This document shows, in pieces, positions 19,398 through 29,270 of a stretch of DNA of 64,000 bases. Where the stretch lies: assembly GCA_902622515.1 (NCBI GenBank), contig CACNQE010000008.1, positions 15,509 to 79,508 on the forward strand, in the 5' to 3' direction. Source of the stretch: an uncultured SAR116 cluster alpha proteobacterium (GTDB taxonomy: Bacteria; Pseudomonadota; Alphaproteobacteria; Puniceispirillales; Puniceispirillaceae). The notes below the pieces were generated by a model. The model saw nothing but the letters and a program-made list of their open reading frames with translations, had not been told where the DNA came from and did no database searches. The stretch's first letter is position 1, and each line of letters opens with the position of its first letter. A program made the translations under genes and the position numbers.

Positions 19398-19997
19398 TTA
19401 ATTTTCATTGGGGATTGGCTTAATGGAAAAATGAGAAAATGGTCCTGCACTTTCTCCTAATCCAGCAGCTTTTCCAATTTCTATGTACCGTGTTGCAGAA
19501 ATTTCAATCATCTCGAATTCTTCATCAGTTAAGTTTCTCATTTTTTTTGCAGGTGACCCTGCCCATAACTCTCCTTTGGGCACTTTTTTACCTGGGGTCA
19601 CTAGCGCACCTGCTGCAACCATTGAAAAACTGTTAACGATTGCACCATCCATAATTATTGAACCCATGCCAATAAAGCAATGTGATTCAAGTGTACAAGC
19701 ATGAATGATTGCAGAATGTCCAATTGTAACATGGTTTCCGATTATTGTCGGAAATTTTGTAGAATCGATATGTATTACAGAATTATCTTGTATATTAGTT
19801 CCTTCTCCAATTTTTATAAAATTTGCGTCTCCTCTGATTGTTGTATGGTGCCACACTGAGCAGTTTTTGCCAATTTCAACTGCTCCAATTATTGCGGCGG
19901 ATTTGGATATAAAGGCAGTTTGGTTAATTTTTGGGGTCTGTCCTAAAAAAGTTTCGATAAACATATGGTGCTGTAAGGAATTTTTTTCAGATATCAT
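19398..19997 (-). CDS. Gamma-class carbonic anhydrase family (YrdA/PaaY-like) hexapeptide protein
   Basis: IRGD, TNIQDNSVIH, VTIGHSAIIHAC (three His ligands), LWAGSPAK. Start may be ATG 19964. Confidence 0.92.
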   Translation of the reverse strand: MISEKNSLQHHMFIETFLGQTPKINQTAFISKSAAIIGAVEIGKNCSVWHHTTIRGDANFIKIGEGTNIQDNSVIHIDSTKFPTIIGNHVTIGHSAIIHACTLESHCFIGMGSIIMDGAIVNSFSMVAAGALVTPGKKVPKGELWAGSPAKKMRNLTDEEFEMIEISATRYIEIGKAAGLGESAGPFSHFSIKPIPNEN

Positions 19998-20156
19998 AAG
20001 ATGTGGGTCCTTAAAAATTAAATAGCTTATTCATATATTCGAATAATAAGCGACCCCAAAAAAAATATCCAAAAAAAAATATTTTATCAGATGGTTTGGC
20101 TTTTACTTCAATTTAGCCTAAATAATTGTTAACAATTTAAATTTATGGAGATTAAA

Positions 20157-20756
20157 ATGGCTTTTGAACTTCCTGACCTTCCCTATGCTCATGACGCATT
20201 GGCTCAACACGGTATGAGCGCTGAAACGCTTGAATATCATCATGATTTACATCATAAGGCATATGTTGATAATGGAAACAAATTGATTGCTGGCACTAAG
20301 TGGGAAACAGAAACGCTAGAAACTATTGTAACCGGAAACTACGATGCTAATGCGGTTGCACAAAATGGTATATTCAATAATGCATCACAGCATTGGAATC
20401 ATATGCAATTTTGGGAAATGATGGGACCGTCTAAAACTGGCATGCCTTCTGAGTTAGATTCATTAATCAAAGAGAGCTTTGGAAGTATAGACGCTTTCAA
20501 GGAAGCCTTCAGTTCTGCTGGTGCTGGTCAATTTGGCTCTGGTTGGTGTTGGCTTGTTAAAGAAGCAGACGGGAGTTTGAAAGTCACAAAAACTGAAAAC
20601 GGCGTTAATCCACTTTGTTTCGGTCAAACAGCACTGTTAGGTTGTGACGTTTGGGAACATTCTTATTATATTGATTTTCGAAATAAGCGTCCGGCATATG
20701 TCTCAAATTTTTTAGAAAATTTGGTGAATTGGGAGAATGTTGCTAGTAGATTATGA
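20157..20756 (+). CDS. sodB: Fe superoxide dismutase
   Basis: HHDLHHKAY, NNASQHWNH, FGSGW, DVWEHSYY. Fe-type residues. RBS GGAG before ATG 20157. Confidence 0.95.
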   Translation: MAFELPDLPYAHDALAQHGMSAETLEYHHDLHHKAYVDNGNKLIAGTKWETETLETIVTGNYDANAVAQNGIFNNASQHWNHMQFWEMMGPSKTGMPSELDSLIKESFGSIDAFKEAFSSAGAGQFGSGWCWLVKEADGSLKVTKTENGVNPLCFGQTALLGCDVWEHSYYIDFRNKRPAYVSNFLENLVNWENVASRL

Positions 20757-20784
20757 TTTAAAAATATTATCAAAAATAAAAAGC

Positions 20785-20817
20785 AAAAGCACATTTGTTT
20801 TTAAAATGTGCTTTTTT
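20785..20817 (+). terminator. Intrinsic terminator after sodB
   Basis: AAAAGCACATTT...AAATGTGCTTTT inverted repeat ending in a T tract. Confidence 0.7.
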
Positions 20818-20902
20818 GCCCAAACTTAGCCATTGTAAAGTCACATTCCACGTATTTTACTTTATCCAGAGGTTGAAGCATTTTTATTGGGGAAATTAAA
20901 AC

Positions 20903-21130
20903 ATGGAATTATCATTATTGGTAGGAATTTTAGCTATAGTGGCTCAAACTGATGTAGTGAGAGAATATAAGGAACATTCAAATAATTTAAATAAATATCA
21001 AATAGTATCTGTCGAATGTGAAGGCGGACTAAATGACAGCGGCTATTCAATACCAATCAAACAAAAAGTATATTTTAAAGAGTTAGGTAAAGAGGGAACA
21101 CTTGGTATTATTTGCCAGAACAAAAAATAA
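20903..21130 (+). CDS. Small hypothetical protein, probably exported
   Basis: Fills the gap between sodB and argG. GGGGA SD-like sequence. Hydrophobic N-terminus and two Cys. Confidence 0.55.
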   Translation: MELSLLVGILAIVAQTDVVREYKEHSNNLNKYQIVSVECEGGLNDSGYSIPIKQKVYFKELGKEGTLGIICQNKK

Positions 21131-21135
21131 GAGCA

Positions 21136-22362
21136 TTAATTATTTTTATTTTTCTGACGAACCATTGCAGCTACTCGTAATCGAAGAGCATTTAATTTAA
21201 TAAATCCTTCCGCATCACTATGATTGTAATCAGCGGTACCCTCTTCAAAAGTGACAAGGTCTTCAGAGTAGAGTGAGCTTGAAGAGTGCCGTCCTATCAT
21301 TATTACGTTGCCCTTATATAGTTTTAGTTTAATCTCTCCATTTACAGAGGTCTGACTGTGGTCTATTGCCGCTTGCAACATTTCTCGTTCTGGAGAGAAC
21401 CAGAAGCCATTATATATTAGCTCAGCGTACTTAGGCATTAGAGAGTCTTTTAGGTGCGCTGCACCCCTGTCCAGCGTAAGTGATTCCATCGCCCGTCTAG
21501 CTTTCAGTAATATGGTCCCTCCAGGTGTTTCATATATTCCTCTTGATTTCATTCCTATAAATCTATTTTCAACCAGGTCTAATCTACCAATACCATGTTT
21601 CCCCCCCAACTCATTTAAACGCGCAAGAAGTAAGGCAGGAGACATTTTTTTATTGTTTAATGCGATTGGGTCTCCAGCGGCAAATTCAATTTTAATCTCC
21701 TCAGCAGTATTAGGTGCATCAGACGGGTCCACTGTTCTAGTAAATACATATTCTTCTGCTGGGACATTAGGATCCTCGAGAACTTTGCCTTCTGCTGAGA
21801 TATGCAGAAGATTAGCGTCAACTGAAAATGGAGCCTCTCCTCTCTTATCCTTAGGGACAGATATTTGATTTGCTTCCGCATAATCTATTAGCTTAGTTCT
21901 AGAATTAAGGTCCCATTCTCTCCATGGCGATATAACTTTTATATCAGGTTGTAGCGCATAATAACCAAGTTCAAATCGAACCTGGTCATTACCTTTTCCG
22001 GTTGCTCCATGAGATACTGCATCAGCTCCTACTTCCCGGGCAATTTCTATTTGGCGCTTCGCAATTAAGGGTCTTGCGATAGAAGTTCCAAGCAAATATT
22101 CACCCTCATAAATTGCATTTGCACGAAACATCGGAAAAACATACTCAGATGCGAACTCTTCTCGCAAATCTTCAATAAATATTTGTTTCACGCCATGCAG
22201 TTTAGCCTTATTTTTGACTTGTGTGATATCTTCACCTTGACCAATATCCGCTGTAAAAGTAACAACCTCGCAATTATAATTAGTTTGCAGCCATTTCAGA
22301 ATCACTGACGTGTCAAGACCACCAGAATATGCAAGAACTACTTTTTTAACGGATTTATCCAA
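21136..22362 (-). CDS. argG: Argininosuccinate synthase
   Basis: [54 protein letters not shown] start with GGAG RBS. Confidence 0.98.
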   Translation of the reverse strand: MDKSVKKVVLAYSGGLDTSVILKWLQTNYNCEVVTFTADIGQGEDITQVKNKAKLHGVKQIFIEDLREEFASEYVFPMFRANAIYEGEYLLGTSIARPLIAKRQIEIAREVGADAVSHGATGKGNDQVRFELGYYALQPDIKVISPWREWDLNSRTKLIDYAEANQISVPKDKRGEAPFSVDANLLHISAEGKVLEDPNVPAEEYVFTRTVDPSDAPNTAEEIKIEFAAGDPIALNNKKMSPALLLARLNELGGKHGIGRLDLVENRFIGMKSRGIYETPGGTILLKARRAMESLTLDRGAAHLKDSLMPKYAELIYNGFWFSPEREMLQAAIDHSQTSVNGEIKLKLYKGNVIMIGRHSSSSLYSEDLVTFEEGTADYNHSDAEGFIKLNALRLRVAAMVRQKNKNN

Positions 22363-22498
22363 AATTATTGCTCCAAAAAGATTATAAGAAAAATAATCTA
22401 ATATTATGAAACTTCGTATAGATTACTTTTAGCTTGAGGTCACATACTTTTTAACTTCCTTACATTGTAAGTTTTAAATAATCTCAAATAGCACATTT

Positions 22499-22978
22499 AT
22501 GAGAACATTAATTATGGATGAAAGTACCAACAATCAAGAAGAAAAATATCTAACAATGACAGCAAATGTTTTGGGGTATTTAGGTAGTTTACCATTCATT
22601 GCATTAGCTGTAACAATCTCCGTAGCAAATACGGACGCAGTTGTCATCGCAAAATCAGCTTTATATTTATATGGGGCAATTATTTTAAGTTTTCTGGGTG
22701 GACTGCATTGGGGAAGGATTGCTTCTAAGGAAACAGTAATATGGTCTGATAAATGGATTTTGTTATATTCAGTGGTTCCATCACTTATTGGTTGGTTTTC
22801 TTTTTTATTGAAATTTTTCTGGAGTCACACTGCTTGGATGCTCATAATAGGATTTCTTGCATCCTATTTTATGGATAGATTTTTTATAAAAGACGGAACA
22901 TTTAAATCTTTTATGGGTTCTCTTCGATTGAACCTTACTATAATAGCGTGTATTAGCTTGGGTTTTTTGCTTGTTTAA
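22499..22978 (+). CDS. DUF3429 membrane protein
   Basis: LGYLGSLPF, YGAIILSFLGGLHWG, SVVPSLIGW, 'D...LR..LT'. Start may be ATG 22514. Confidence 0.85.
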   Translation: MRTLIMDESTNNQEEKYLTMTANVLGYLGSLPFIALAVTISVANTDAVVIAKSALYLYGAIILSFLGGLHWGRIASKETVIWSDKWILLYSVVPSLIGWFSFLLKFFWSHTAWMLIIGFLASYFMDRFFIKDGTFKSFMGSLRLNLTIIACISLGFLLV

Positions 22979-23018
22979 TACTATTATATTTTATTTTTAT
23001 GCAGCTGCTGAAAAGTTC

Positions 23019-23678
23019 TTATTTGATAAGCATATTCAATAATCTGCCAACTGGGCCAGTTAACACTATGGGACCTTCATTTACAGCAAGAACGATGCAT
23101 TCTCCATCCTCATCTGCAACGGGTTTGTGTACAGCCCCTGTTTCCTGAATTGATATATCACCGGGTCCATATGTTCCGTATTCGTCAGTGAAACCTCCAG
23201 ACAATACCAATGTTACCTCATTACCGTCGTGAGAGTGACTTGGTACACTGTAACCTGGCGCGATTTTATATAATTTTGTGCTACCAAAATTATCACCAAA
23301 ATTAATGGCTTGCTCGGATAGACCAATGCCAATACGCTTCCAGTTTTTAGGGCTACTTATGTCTTGAGCGTAATTACGTAATGGCAAAGGTAATAAATTG
23401 TTATCATTGACTACGTTAGTGTAAATTTCCTGATCTTTATCAACACCAGAATCGATTTCAGCCATTAATTTCTCAAAACTGCCCTCTGATAGGGAAATTG
23501 GCTCAGAATTTTCTAAAAGTGCACCACCTAATTGTAAGAGCATACGAATTGATTTAGCGCTCGCTGGGTTCATTGAAATATGTGTCTCAACCAGAACCTC
23601 AAGTGCTAGTGGCAGAGTACCATTAGCATAATCAATCAATAATGATTCAACCAAGGTTAATGTGTTCTGCTTATTCAT
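23019..23678 (-). CDS. chrR: ChrR-family anti-sigma factor (anti-sigma domain plus cupin)
   Basis: LLIDYANGTL, cupin PSHSHDGNE-TLVLSG-F-DE-G-Y-PGD...HKP. Directly downstream of an ECF sigma factor. Confidence 0.9.
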   Translation of the reverse strand: MNKQNTLTLVESLLIDYANGTLPLALEVLVETHISMNPASAKSIRMLLQLGGALLENSEPISLSEGSFEKLMAEIDSGVDKDQEIYTNVVNDNNLLPLPLRNYAQDISSPKNWKRIGIGLSEQAINFGDNFGSTKLYKIAPGYSVPSHSHDGNEVTLVLSGGFTDEYGTYGPGDISIQETGAVHKPVADEDGECIVLAVNEGPIVLTGPVGRLLNMLIK

Positions 23679-23689
23679 TATATTACTAA

Positions 23690-24277
23690 TTATCCTTCAA
23701 AATCTTCAAGTTGTGTTCGCAATCGGTTAATGGCAAGACGTATTCGTGATTTAACAGTACCCAACGGTAAATTTGTTTCTTCAGCTATTTTTCTATGCGA
23801 CTTATCATCATAATACGCAGAAAGAATCAATTTGGCCTGCTCTGGAGGTAAATTTTTTAAAACATTTTTAATTTTTTTCTCTTCCTCAGTTCGCTGTAAT
23901 ATGTCATCGCTTTTATCGATAGGTTTTTGGTAGAATAAGGGGTCATTAAAATTAGGTAGGGGGCGGCTATCTTTTCGTAATTTATCAATACGCTTATTAC
24001 GAGCAATAGTGAAAATCCATGTGCTGGCACCCGCACTTTCTGGATTATATGTTTCAGCCCTGCGCCAAACCATTATCATTGTTTCTTGGCAAATTTCTTC
24101 AGCAGCGGACTCATCCGAGCCGATGCGTAATAAAAACGATTTCAACCTAGGAGAGAAATGTTCATACAAGGACTTGAAAGCAGATTTGTCTCTATATTTA
24201 CCTATTTTAAGTAAACACGTATCCCATTCAGACAAACTATTTTGATTATCGTTAGAGAAGCCAGATCCCATAGACAT
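23690..24277 (-). CDS. rpoE: ECF sigma factor RpoE (ECF11, ChrR-associated)
   Basis: DKSAF..LY.HF.PRLKS, AEE..QETMI.VWRRA, STWIFTIARNKRID, LPLGTVKSRIRLA. Start uncertain (24277 or 24271). Confidence 0.92.
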   Translation of the reverse strand: MSMGSGFSNDNQNSLSEWDTCLLKIGKYRDKSAFKSLYEHFSPRLKSFLLRIGSDESAAEEICQETMIMVWRRAETYNPESAGASTWIFTIARNKRIDKLRKDSRPLPNFNDPLFYQKPIDKSDDILQRTEEEKKIKNVLKNLPPEQAKLILSAYYDDKSHRKIAEETNLPLGTVKSRIRLAINRLRTQLEDFEG

Positions 24278-24503
24278 ATCTAACGATGAAATTAATTCTT
24301 CTACAACCCTAAAATTCATTAAATTATCTAAAATATTCAAAAAAATGTTTGCATAGTAACAATGCAAAATATTTAAATTTGGAATCTTATTGACAACTAA
24401 ACTTTTTTAAAACCAAATTTTTGACACATTTATTTTAAATAAATCCTTTATATCACTTGCGTCTTTATTAAAGTTTTGCGATTTAATAACAAGTTAGCTA
24501 TAT

Positions 24504-24563
24504 GTCTTTCTACAATTCGGTAAAAATTTAAAGGTCTTTTTACAATTCGGTAAAAATTTAAAG
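24504..24563. repeat. 30-bp tandem duplication (two copies, one mismatch)
   Basis: GTCTTTCTACAATTCGGTAAAAATTTAAAG (24504-24533) followed by GTCTTTTTACAATTCGGTAAAAATTTAAAG (24534-24563). Confidence 0.95.
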
Positions 24564-24576
24564 AAAATTAATCACG

Positions 24577-25101
24577 GTGCAGAATATGACTAAAAAAATA
24601 GTCCTCTTCCTAAAAATTTTTATAATTTGTCTTTTTATGAAAAGCCTCATGGCTTCGGAAAAAATTCAAATAGAAAAGTTTAATGACTGGTCGGTTCTTC
24701 GGCAGGAAACGGATGCAGGAAGGTTATGCTACATTACTAGCGAGCCGATTGAGAAAAAAGGAGACTACGATAAAAATAATCGTGGAGAGACAAGAGTTTT
24801 TGTAACCCATGGGCCTGGTAAAGCAGAACGAGATGTAGTTTCAATTGTTGCTGGGTATGTTTTTGAAAAACAGTCCGAGGTTGACTTGTATGTTGATGGA
24901 GTTAAGCAACTCTTTTTTACTTTGCAGGACAGAGCGTGGTCTTTTGGACCGGATGAGGATAAGAAGATCATTAGAAATATGAAACGAGGAAATAAACTTA
25001 CAGTTGAGGGCGTTTCCAGTAGAGGTAATAAAACAATAGATATTTATTCTCTATCTGGTTTTACTAAAGCAAAGCAAATGTTAGACAAAATTTGCCCTTA
25101 A
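24577..25101 (+). CDS. Invasion associated locus B (IalB) family exported protein
   Basis: Signal peptide, F.DWSV, CYI.S.P, FVTH, 'MKRG.KL.V.G.SSRG..T.D.YSLSGFT.A...C'. Usual position upstream of rlmN. Confidence 0.85.
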   Translation: MQNMTKKIVLFLKIFIICLFMKSLMASEKIQIEKFNDWSVLRQETDAGRLCYITSEPIEKKGDYDKNNRGETRVFVTHGPGKAERDVVSIVAGYVFEKQSEVDLYVDGVKQLFFTLQDRAWSFGPDEDKKIIRNMKRGNKLTVEGVSSRGNKTIDIYSLSGFTKAKQMLDKICP

Positions 25102-25167
25102 AAAAAGTCTAGATATGGTTTAAAAGAAGTATTTTTTGGGGAACACTAGAATATAGCGAGACTAGAT

Positions 25168-26235
25168 TTGCAGGACCTCACAGATTTTTCATTTTTGGAA
25201 ATTAGCGAAGCTTTTTTGCAACTGGAATTGCCGAAATTTAGAGCTAACCAAATTTGGAGTTGGATTTGGTGTCATGGGGTTACCGACTTCCATGATATGA
25301 ATAATATTTCAAAGCCAATCCGTTCGTTATTGGCGGAGCACTTCATTATAGCAAGGCCAGCAATAAGTAGACGTCAACAATCTTATGATGGCACAATAAA
25401 ATGGCTCATAAGGTTATCAGACGGACACGAGGTTGAGACAGTCTATATCCCTGAGGAAGATAGAGGCACTTTATGTATATCTAGTCAAGTTGGATGCACT
25501 CTTACTTGCTCTTTCTGTCATACAGGTACACAAAGATTAGTCCGAAATTTAACTGTGGGGGAAATTTGTAGTCAGATTTTACTTGCAATGGATGAATTGG
25601 GAGAATGGCCTGCTGGAAAGCTTAATAGAAAACTCACAAATATAGTATTGATGGGAATGGGTGAGCCATTATTTAATTATGAAAATGTGGCTAAGGCTTT
25701 GAAAATAGTCATGTCAGGAGATGGTATTGGAATATCAAAAAGGAGGATAACCTTATCTACATCGGGAATTGTACCTGAAATAATTCGCTGTGGAGAAGAC
25801 TTAGGAGTAAATTTAGCTATAAGCCTCCATGCGGTAAATGATACTCTTCGTAATGAGCTTGTGCCAATAAATAGAAAGTATAACTTGCAAGCTCTAATAG
25901 ATGCAGTACGCAATTATCCGGGATTATCTAATACCAGAAGAGTCACATGGGAATATGTAATGCTTGACGGGGTAAATGACAGCCAAGAGGATGCACTAGC
26001 CCTTTTAAAATTAATCAGAGGCATACCTTCCAAAATTAATTTAATTCCTTTTAATCCTTGGCCAGGGTCAAATTACATTAGTTCTAAATCTGAAAAAATA
26101 GAGAAATTTGCTGCTATTTTGTTAAAAGCAGGTTATGCCTCACCTATTCGCACTCCAAGAGGAAGTGATATTCTGGCTGCATGTGGACAATTAAAGTCAG
26201 ATTCCGTTCGATTGCGTGCTAGTCAGAGGGCATAA
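25168..26235 (+). CDS. rlmN: Dual-specificity RNA methyltransferase RlmN (radical SAM)
   Basis: [43 protein letters not shown]. Confidence 0.97.
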   Translation: MQDLTDFSFLEISEAFLQLELPKFRANQIWSWIWCHGVTDFHDMNNISKPIRSLLAEHFIIARPAISRRQQSYDGTIKWLIRLSDGHEVETVYIPEEDRGTLCISSQVGCTLTCSFCHTGTQRLVRNLTVGEICSQILLAMDELGEWPAGKLNRKLTNIVLMGMGEPLFNYENVAKALKIVMSGDGIGISKRRITLSTSGIVPEIIRCGEDLGVNLAISLHAVNDTLRNELVPINRKYNLQALIDAVRNYPGLSNTRRVTWEYVMLDGVNDSQEDALALLKLIRGIPSKINLIPFNPWPGSNYISSKSEKIEKFAAILLKAGYASPIRTPRGSDILAACGQLKSDSVRLRASQRA

Positions 26236-26300
26236 AATAGGTAAAATTGTAATTCACCCTAGCAAACTTTCAACAATATGGAAAATACATAAGACAAACA

Positions 26301-26330
26301 CTTGCACATCAGTTCCAGCCAACATACATT
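26301..26330 (+). promoter_or_regulatory. Putative sigma70/sigma32-type promoter for the BI-1 gene
   Basis: TTGCAC-N17-TACATT, also readable as CTTGCA-N16-CATACAT, ending 38 nt before the ATG. AAGGAG RBS downstream. Confidence 0.4.
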
Positions 26331-26368
26331 ATAATTAGTAGAATTTGCAGTGTTAAAGGAGTAATCAC

Positions 26369-27088
26369 ATGCAAGACAATAATTACGCTAATATCTCATC
26401 CGCACAGGCAAGCCAGATTGATTTAGGTTTGCGCCGTTATATGCTTGGCGTTTACAATCATATGACTACAGCACTCGCCCTTACAGGTCTTTTTGCGTTT
26501 GCCATGAAATGGGCGGCTTTAACAATACCTGGTGTAGCTCAAACTGTATATGGTTCGCCACTGCAGTATATTGTTATGTTTGCGCCATTTGCTTTGGTTA
26601 TGTTTTTAAGTTTTAAAATTAATAAACTATCTCCGTTTACTGCAAGAAATGTATTTTATCTTTATGCTGCGTTAATGGGGCTTTCCCTATCATCTATTCT
26701 TCTTGTCTTTACAGGAGAATCTGTTGCCAGAGCATTTTTTGTTACAGCAGGAGCATTTGCTGGTTTATCCATTTATGGATATACTACGAAACGTGACCTT
26801 ACTGCTATGGGTTCCTTTATGATCATTGGTTTGTTTGGAATAATCATTGCATCTCTTGTAAATATTTTTGTTGGTTCCGATTTAATGCAGTTTGTCATTT
26901 CTGTCATAGGTGTGTTTGTGTTTGCAGGTCTTACTGCATGGGATACACAAACAATTAAATCTATGTACTCCGCAGCTGATAGTGCTCAAGCAGCGGCAAC
27001 AAAATCAATTTATGGAGCGTTGAAGCTATATCTTGACTTCATCAACATGTTTATCATGCTATTGCATCTTTTTGGTAACAGAGAATAG
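26369..27088 (+). CDS. Bax inhibitor-1/YccA family membrane protein
   Basis: GLRRYMLGVYNHM, YGYTTKRDL, GLTAWDTQ, GALKLYLDFINMF. Confidence 0.95.
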   Translation: MQDNNYANISSAQASQIDLGLRRYMLGVYNHMTTALALTGLFAFAMKWAALTIPGVAQTVYGSPLQYIVMFAPFALVMFLSFKINKLSPFTARNVFYLYAALMGLSLSSILLVFTGESVARAFFVTAGAFAGLSIYGYTTKRDLTAMGSFMIIGLFGIIIASLVNIFVGSDLMQFVISVIGVFVFAGLTAWDTQTIKSMYSAADSAQAAATKSIYGALKLYLDFINMFIMLLHLFGNRE

Positions 27089-27118
27089 TAACTCAAACAA
27101 TATGCATAAGAATATCAT

Positions 27119-27156
27119 AAAAGGCGCTCTTAAAATTCAACAGGGCGCCTTTTTTT
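27119..27156 (+). terminator. Intrinsic terminator after the BI-1 gene
   Basis: AAAAGGCGCTCT...AGGGCGCCTTTTTTT hairpin with T tract. Confidence 0.75.
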
Positions 27157-27161
27157 GAGAT

Positions 27162-28160
27162 ATGGAGAGACTTGTGGGTGATAGATTGGGTGATTACCTA
27201 TCACAGTCAATTGAACAAGATGAATCAGGTGTCGCTGTTAAAAACACCATTCTGTCTTTAAGCAACGCCGCAAAGAAGATAGCAAAATTTCTTGCTAAAA
27301 ACGGGTTGCCCGAAAATCAATTTGGGACACAGGTCGGTGATATAAATTCAGATGGGGACACTCAAAAAGCTTTAGACCTGATTGCGGATGAGAACATTGT
27401 TACTGCATTAAAAAATAAAAATGTTGTTGCTTATTTTTCAGAGGAACAAGAATCTGCTTTATTGCTTGACTCAGAGGGGAATTTAATAGTTTGTGCCGAC
27501 CCGTTAGATGGTTCATCCAACATTGATAATAATTCGTCCGTTGGTACTATTTTTTCAATTCTTCCAAGAAAGACTGAAGATTTTGAAGCAGAGCAATTAC
27601 TTCGTGATGCTCTTCAGTCTGGGATAAATCAGCTTGCTAGTGGTTTTTTTGTTTATGGTCCTCAAACAAGTTTAATTCTGACAACAGGAAAAGGTGCTGC
27701 CGCGTTCCTTCTGGATAAGGAAGAGTTTTTTAAAATGGAATGGGAACCAAATTTACCAACCAAAGGAAGTCAATTTGCTATAAACATGTCTAACATGAGG
27801 TTTTGGTCAAAACGCACACGTAGGTACATTCAGAGTTGCTTAGATGGCACAGAAGGCACGTTTGCAAAAAATTATAATATGAGATGGTGTGGGTCATTAG
27901 TTGCAGACGCATGGAGAATTTTCAGGGAAGGAGGAATTTTTCTTTATCCTGAAGATAAAAGAGATAATTATAATGAGGGAAGGTTAAGGTTGGTTTATGA
28001 GGCGAATCCAATATCTTTTCTTGTAGAGCAAGCAGGTGGTCGGGCAACTGATGGTAATACAGATATATTAAACATCAAACCAGGCACTCTACATCAGAGA
28101 GTACCATTAATTTTTGGGTCTGAGGAAGAAGTTAACAAATATGAGTCACTTAATAAATAA
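27162..28160 (+). CDS. fbp: Fructose-1,6-bisphosphatase class 1
   Basis: GDTQKALD, SEE, DPLDGSSNID, GTIFSI, YGPQT, RW.GSLVAD, GRLRL.YEANP. Start may be GTG 27174 (GGAG upstream). Confidence 0.95.
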   Translation: MERLVGDRLGDYLSQSIEQDESGVAVKNTILSLSNAAKKIAKFLAKNGLPENQFGTQVGDINSDGDTQKALDLIADENIVTALKNKNVVAYFSEEQESALLLDSEGNLIVCADPLDGSSNIDNNSSVGTIFSILPRKTEDFEAEQLLRDALQSGINQLASGFFVYGPQTSLILTTGKGAAAFLLDKEEFFKMEWEPNLPTKGSQFAINMSNMRFWSKRTRRYIQSCLDGTEGTFAKNYNMRWCGSLVADAWRIFREGGIFLYPEDKRDNYNEGRLRLVYEANPISFLVEQAGGRATDGNTDILNIKPGTLHQRVPLIFGSEEEVNKYESLNK

Positions 28161-28196
28161 AAAGCAAGAATTTAAAAACAGTTATGAGGAAATTAT

Positions 28197-29258
28197 ATGT
28201 TAATCACTCTTAGACAATTGTTGGATCATGCTGCTGAGAATGGATATGGGCTGCCTGCTTTTAATATAAATAATCTAGAACAGGGTCTAGCTATTTTAAT
28301 GGCTGCAGAAAAAACTAATTCACCTGTAATCATTCAGGCTTCACGAGGTGCTAGGGCCTATGCAGGAGATCTATTACTTCAATCATTGATTAAAGGATTG
28401 ATTGCAACATTTCCGAATATTCCTATTTGTATGCATCAGGATCATGGTAATTCTATGGCTACTTGTATGACGGCAATGCAATATGGTTTCTCTTCTGTAA
28501 TGATGGACGGGTCTTTAGAACAGGATGGAAAAACGCCTGCTAATTATGAATATAATGTTTCTGTCACTTCCTCTGTGGCGAAAATGGCTCATTATGCTGG
28601 GGTGTCTGTTGAGGGTGAACTTGGAATATTAGGTTCACTAGAAACTGGGGAGGGTGAAAGCGAAGATGGACATGGTGTTGAAGGTAAAATTGAGCATGAA
28701 CAGTTGCTTACAGACCCAGATCAGGCAGTAGATTTTGTCAAAGCAACAAAAGTAGACGCGCTTGCTATTGCTATGGGTACAAGTCATGGGGCATACAAAT
28801 TTTCACGAAAGCCTGACGGAGAAATTCTAGCAATGCATGTAATCGAAGAAATTCATGGTCGTCTACCTAATACGCATCTTGTAATGCATGGTTCATCTTC
28901 AGTACCACAAGAACTACAGGATATTTTTAATCAATTTGGTGGTGAGATGCCTCAAACATGGGGAGTCCCTCTGACAGAAATTGAGCGAGGTATTAAAAAT
29001 GGTGTTAGAAAAGTAAATATTGATACAGACTGCAGGCTTGCAATGGCCGGCATTATTCGAAAGGTAGCCCAAGAGCAAAAAAATGAATTTGATTTAAGAA
29101 AATTTATGAAACCAGCTAGGGATGCAATGGAGGCAGTTTGCATTGACAGATTTGAAAGATTTGGGACTTCTGGACAGGCTGATAAAATAAAACCTCTCTC
29201 TCTAAAGCAAATGGCAGGGCGATATGAAATAGGTGAATTAGAACCTATTATAAGTTAG
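28197..29258 (+). CDS. fba: Fructose-bisphosphate aldolase class II (CbbA-like subtype)
   Basis: [55 protein letters not shown]. Confidence 0.96.
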   Translation: MLITLRQLLDHAAENGYGLPAFNINNLEQGLAILMAAEKTNSPVIIQASRGARAYAGDLLLQSLIKGLIATFPNIPICMHQDHGNSMATCMTAMQYGFSSVMMDGSLEQDGKTPANYEYNVSVTSSVAKMAHYAGVSVEGELGILGSLETGEGESEDGHGVEGKIEHEQLLTDPDQAVDFVKATKVDALAIAMGTSHGAYKFSRKPDGEILAMHVIEEIHGRLPNTHLVMHGSSSVPQELQDIFNQFGGEMPQTWGVPLTEIERGIKNGVRKVNIDTDCRLAMAGIIRKVAQEQKNEFDLRKFMKPARDAMEAVCIDRFERFGTSGQADKIKPLSLKQMAGRYEIGELEPIIS

Positions 29259-29270
29259 CAAAACACAATA

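Noticed and set aside
24504..24563. 30-bp repeat as a possible CRISPR array
   Set aside because: Only two abutting copies with no spacer, and no cas genes in the window.
27162..29258. Autotrophic Calvin-cycle operon
   Set aside because: No RuBisCO, phosphoribulokinase or CbbR in the window. The pair is sufficient for gluconeogenesis.
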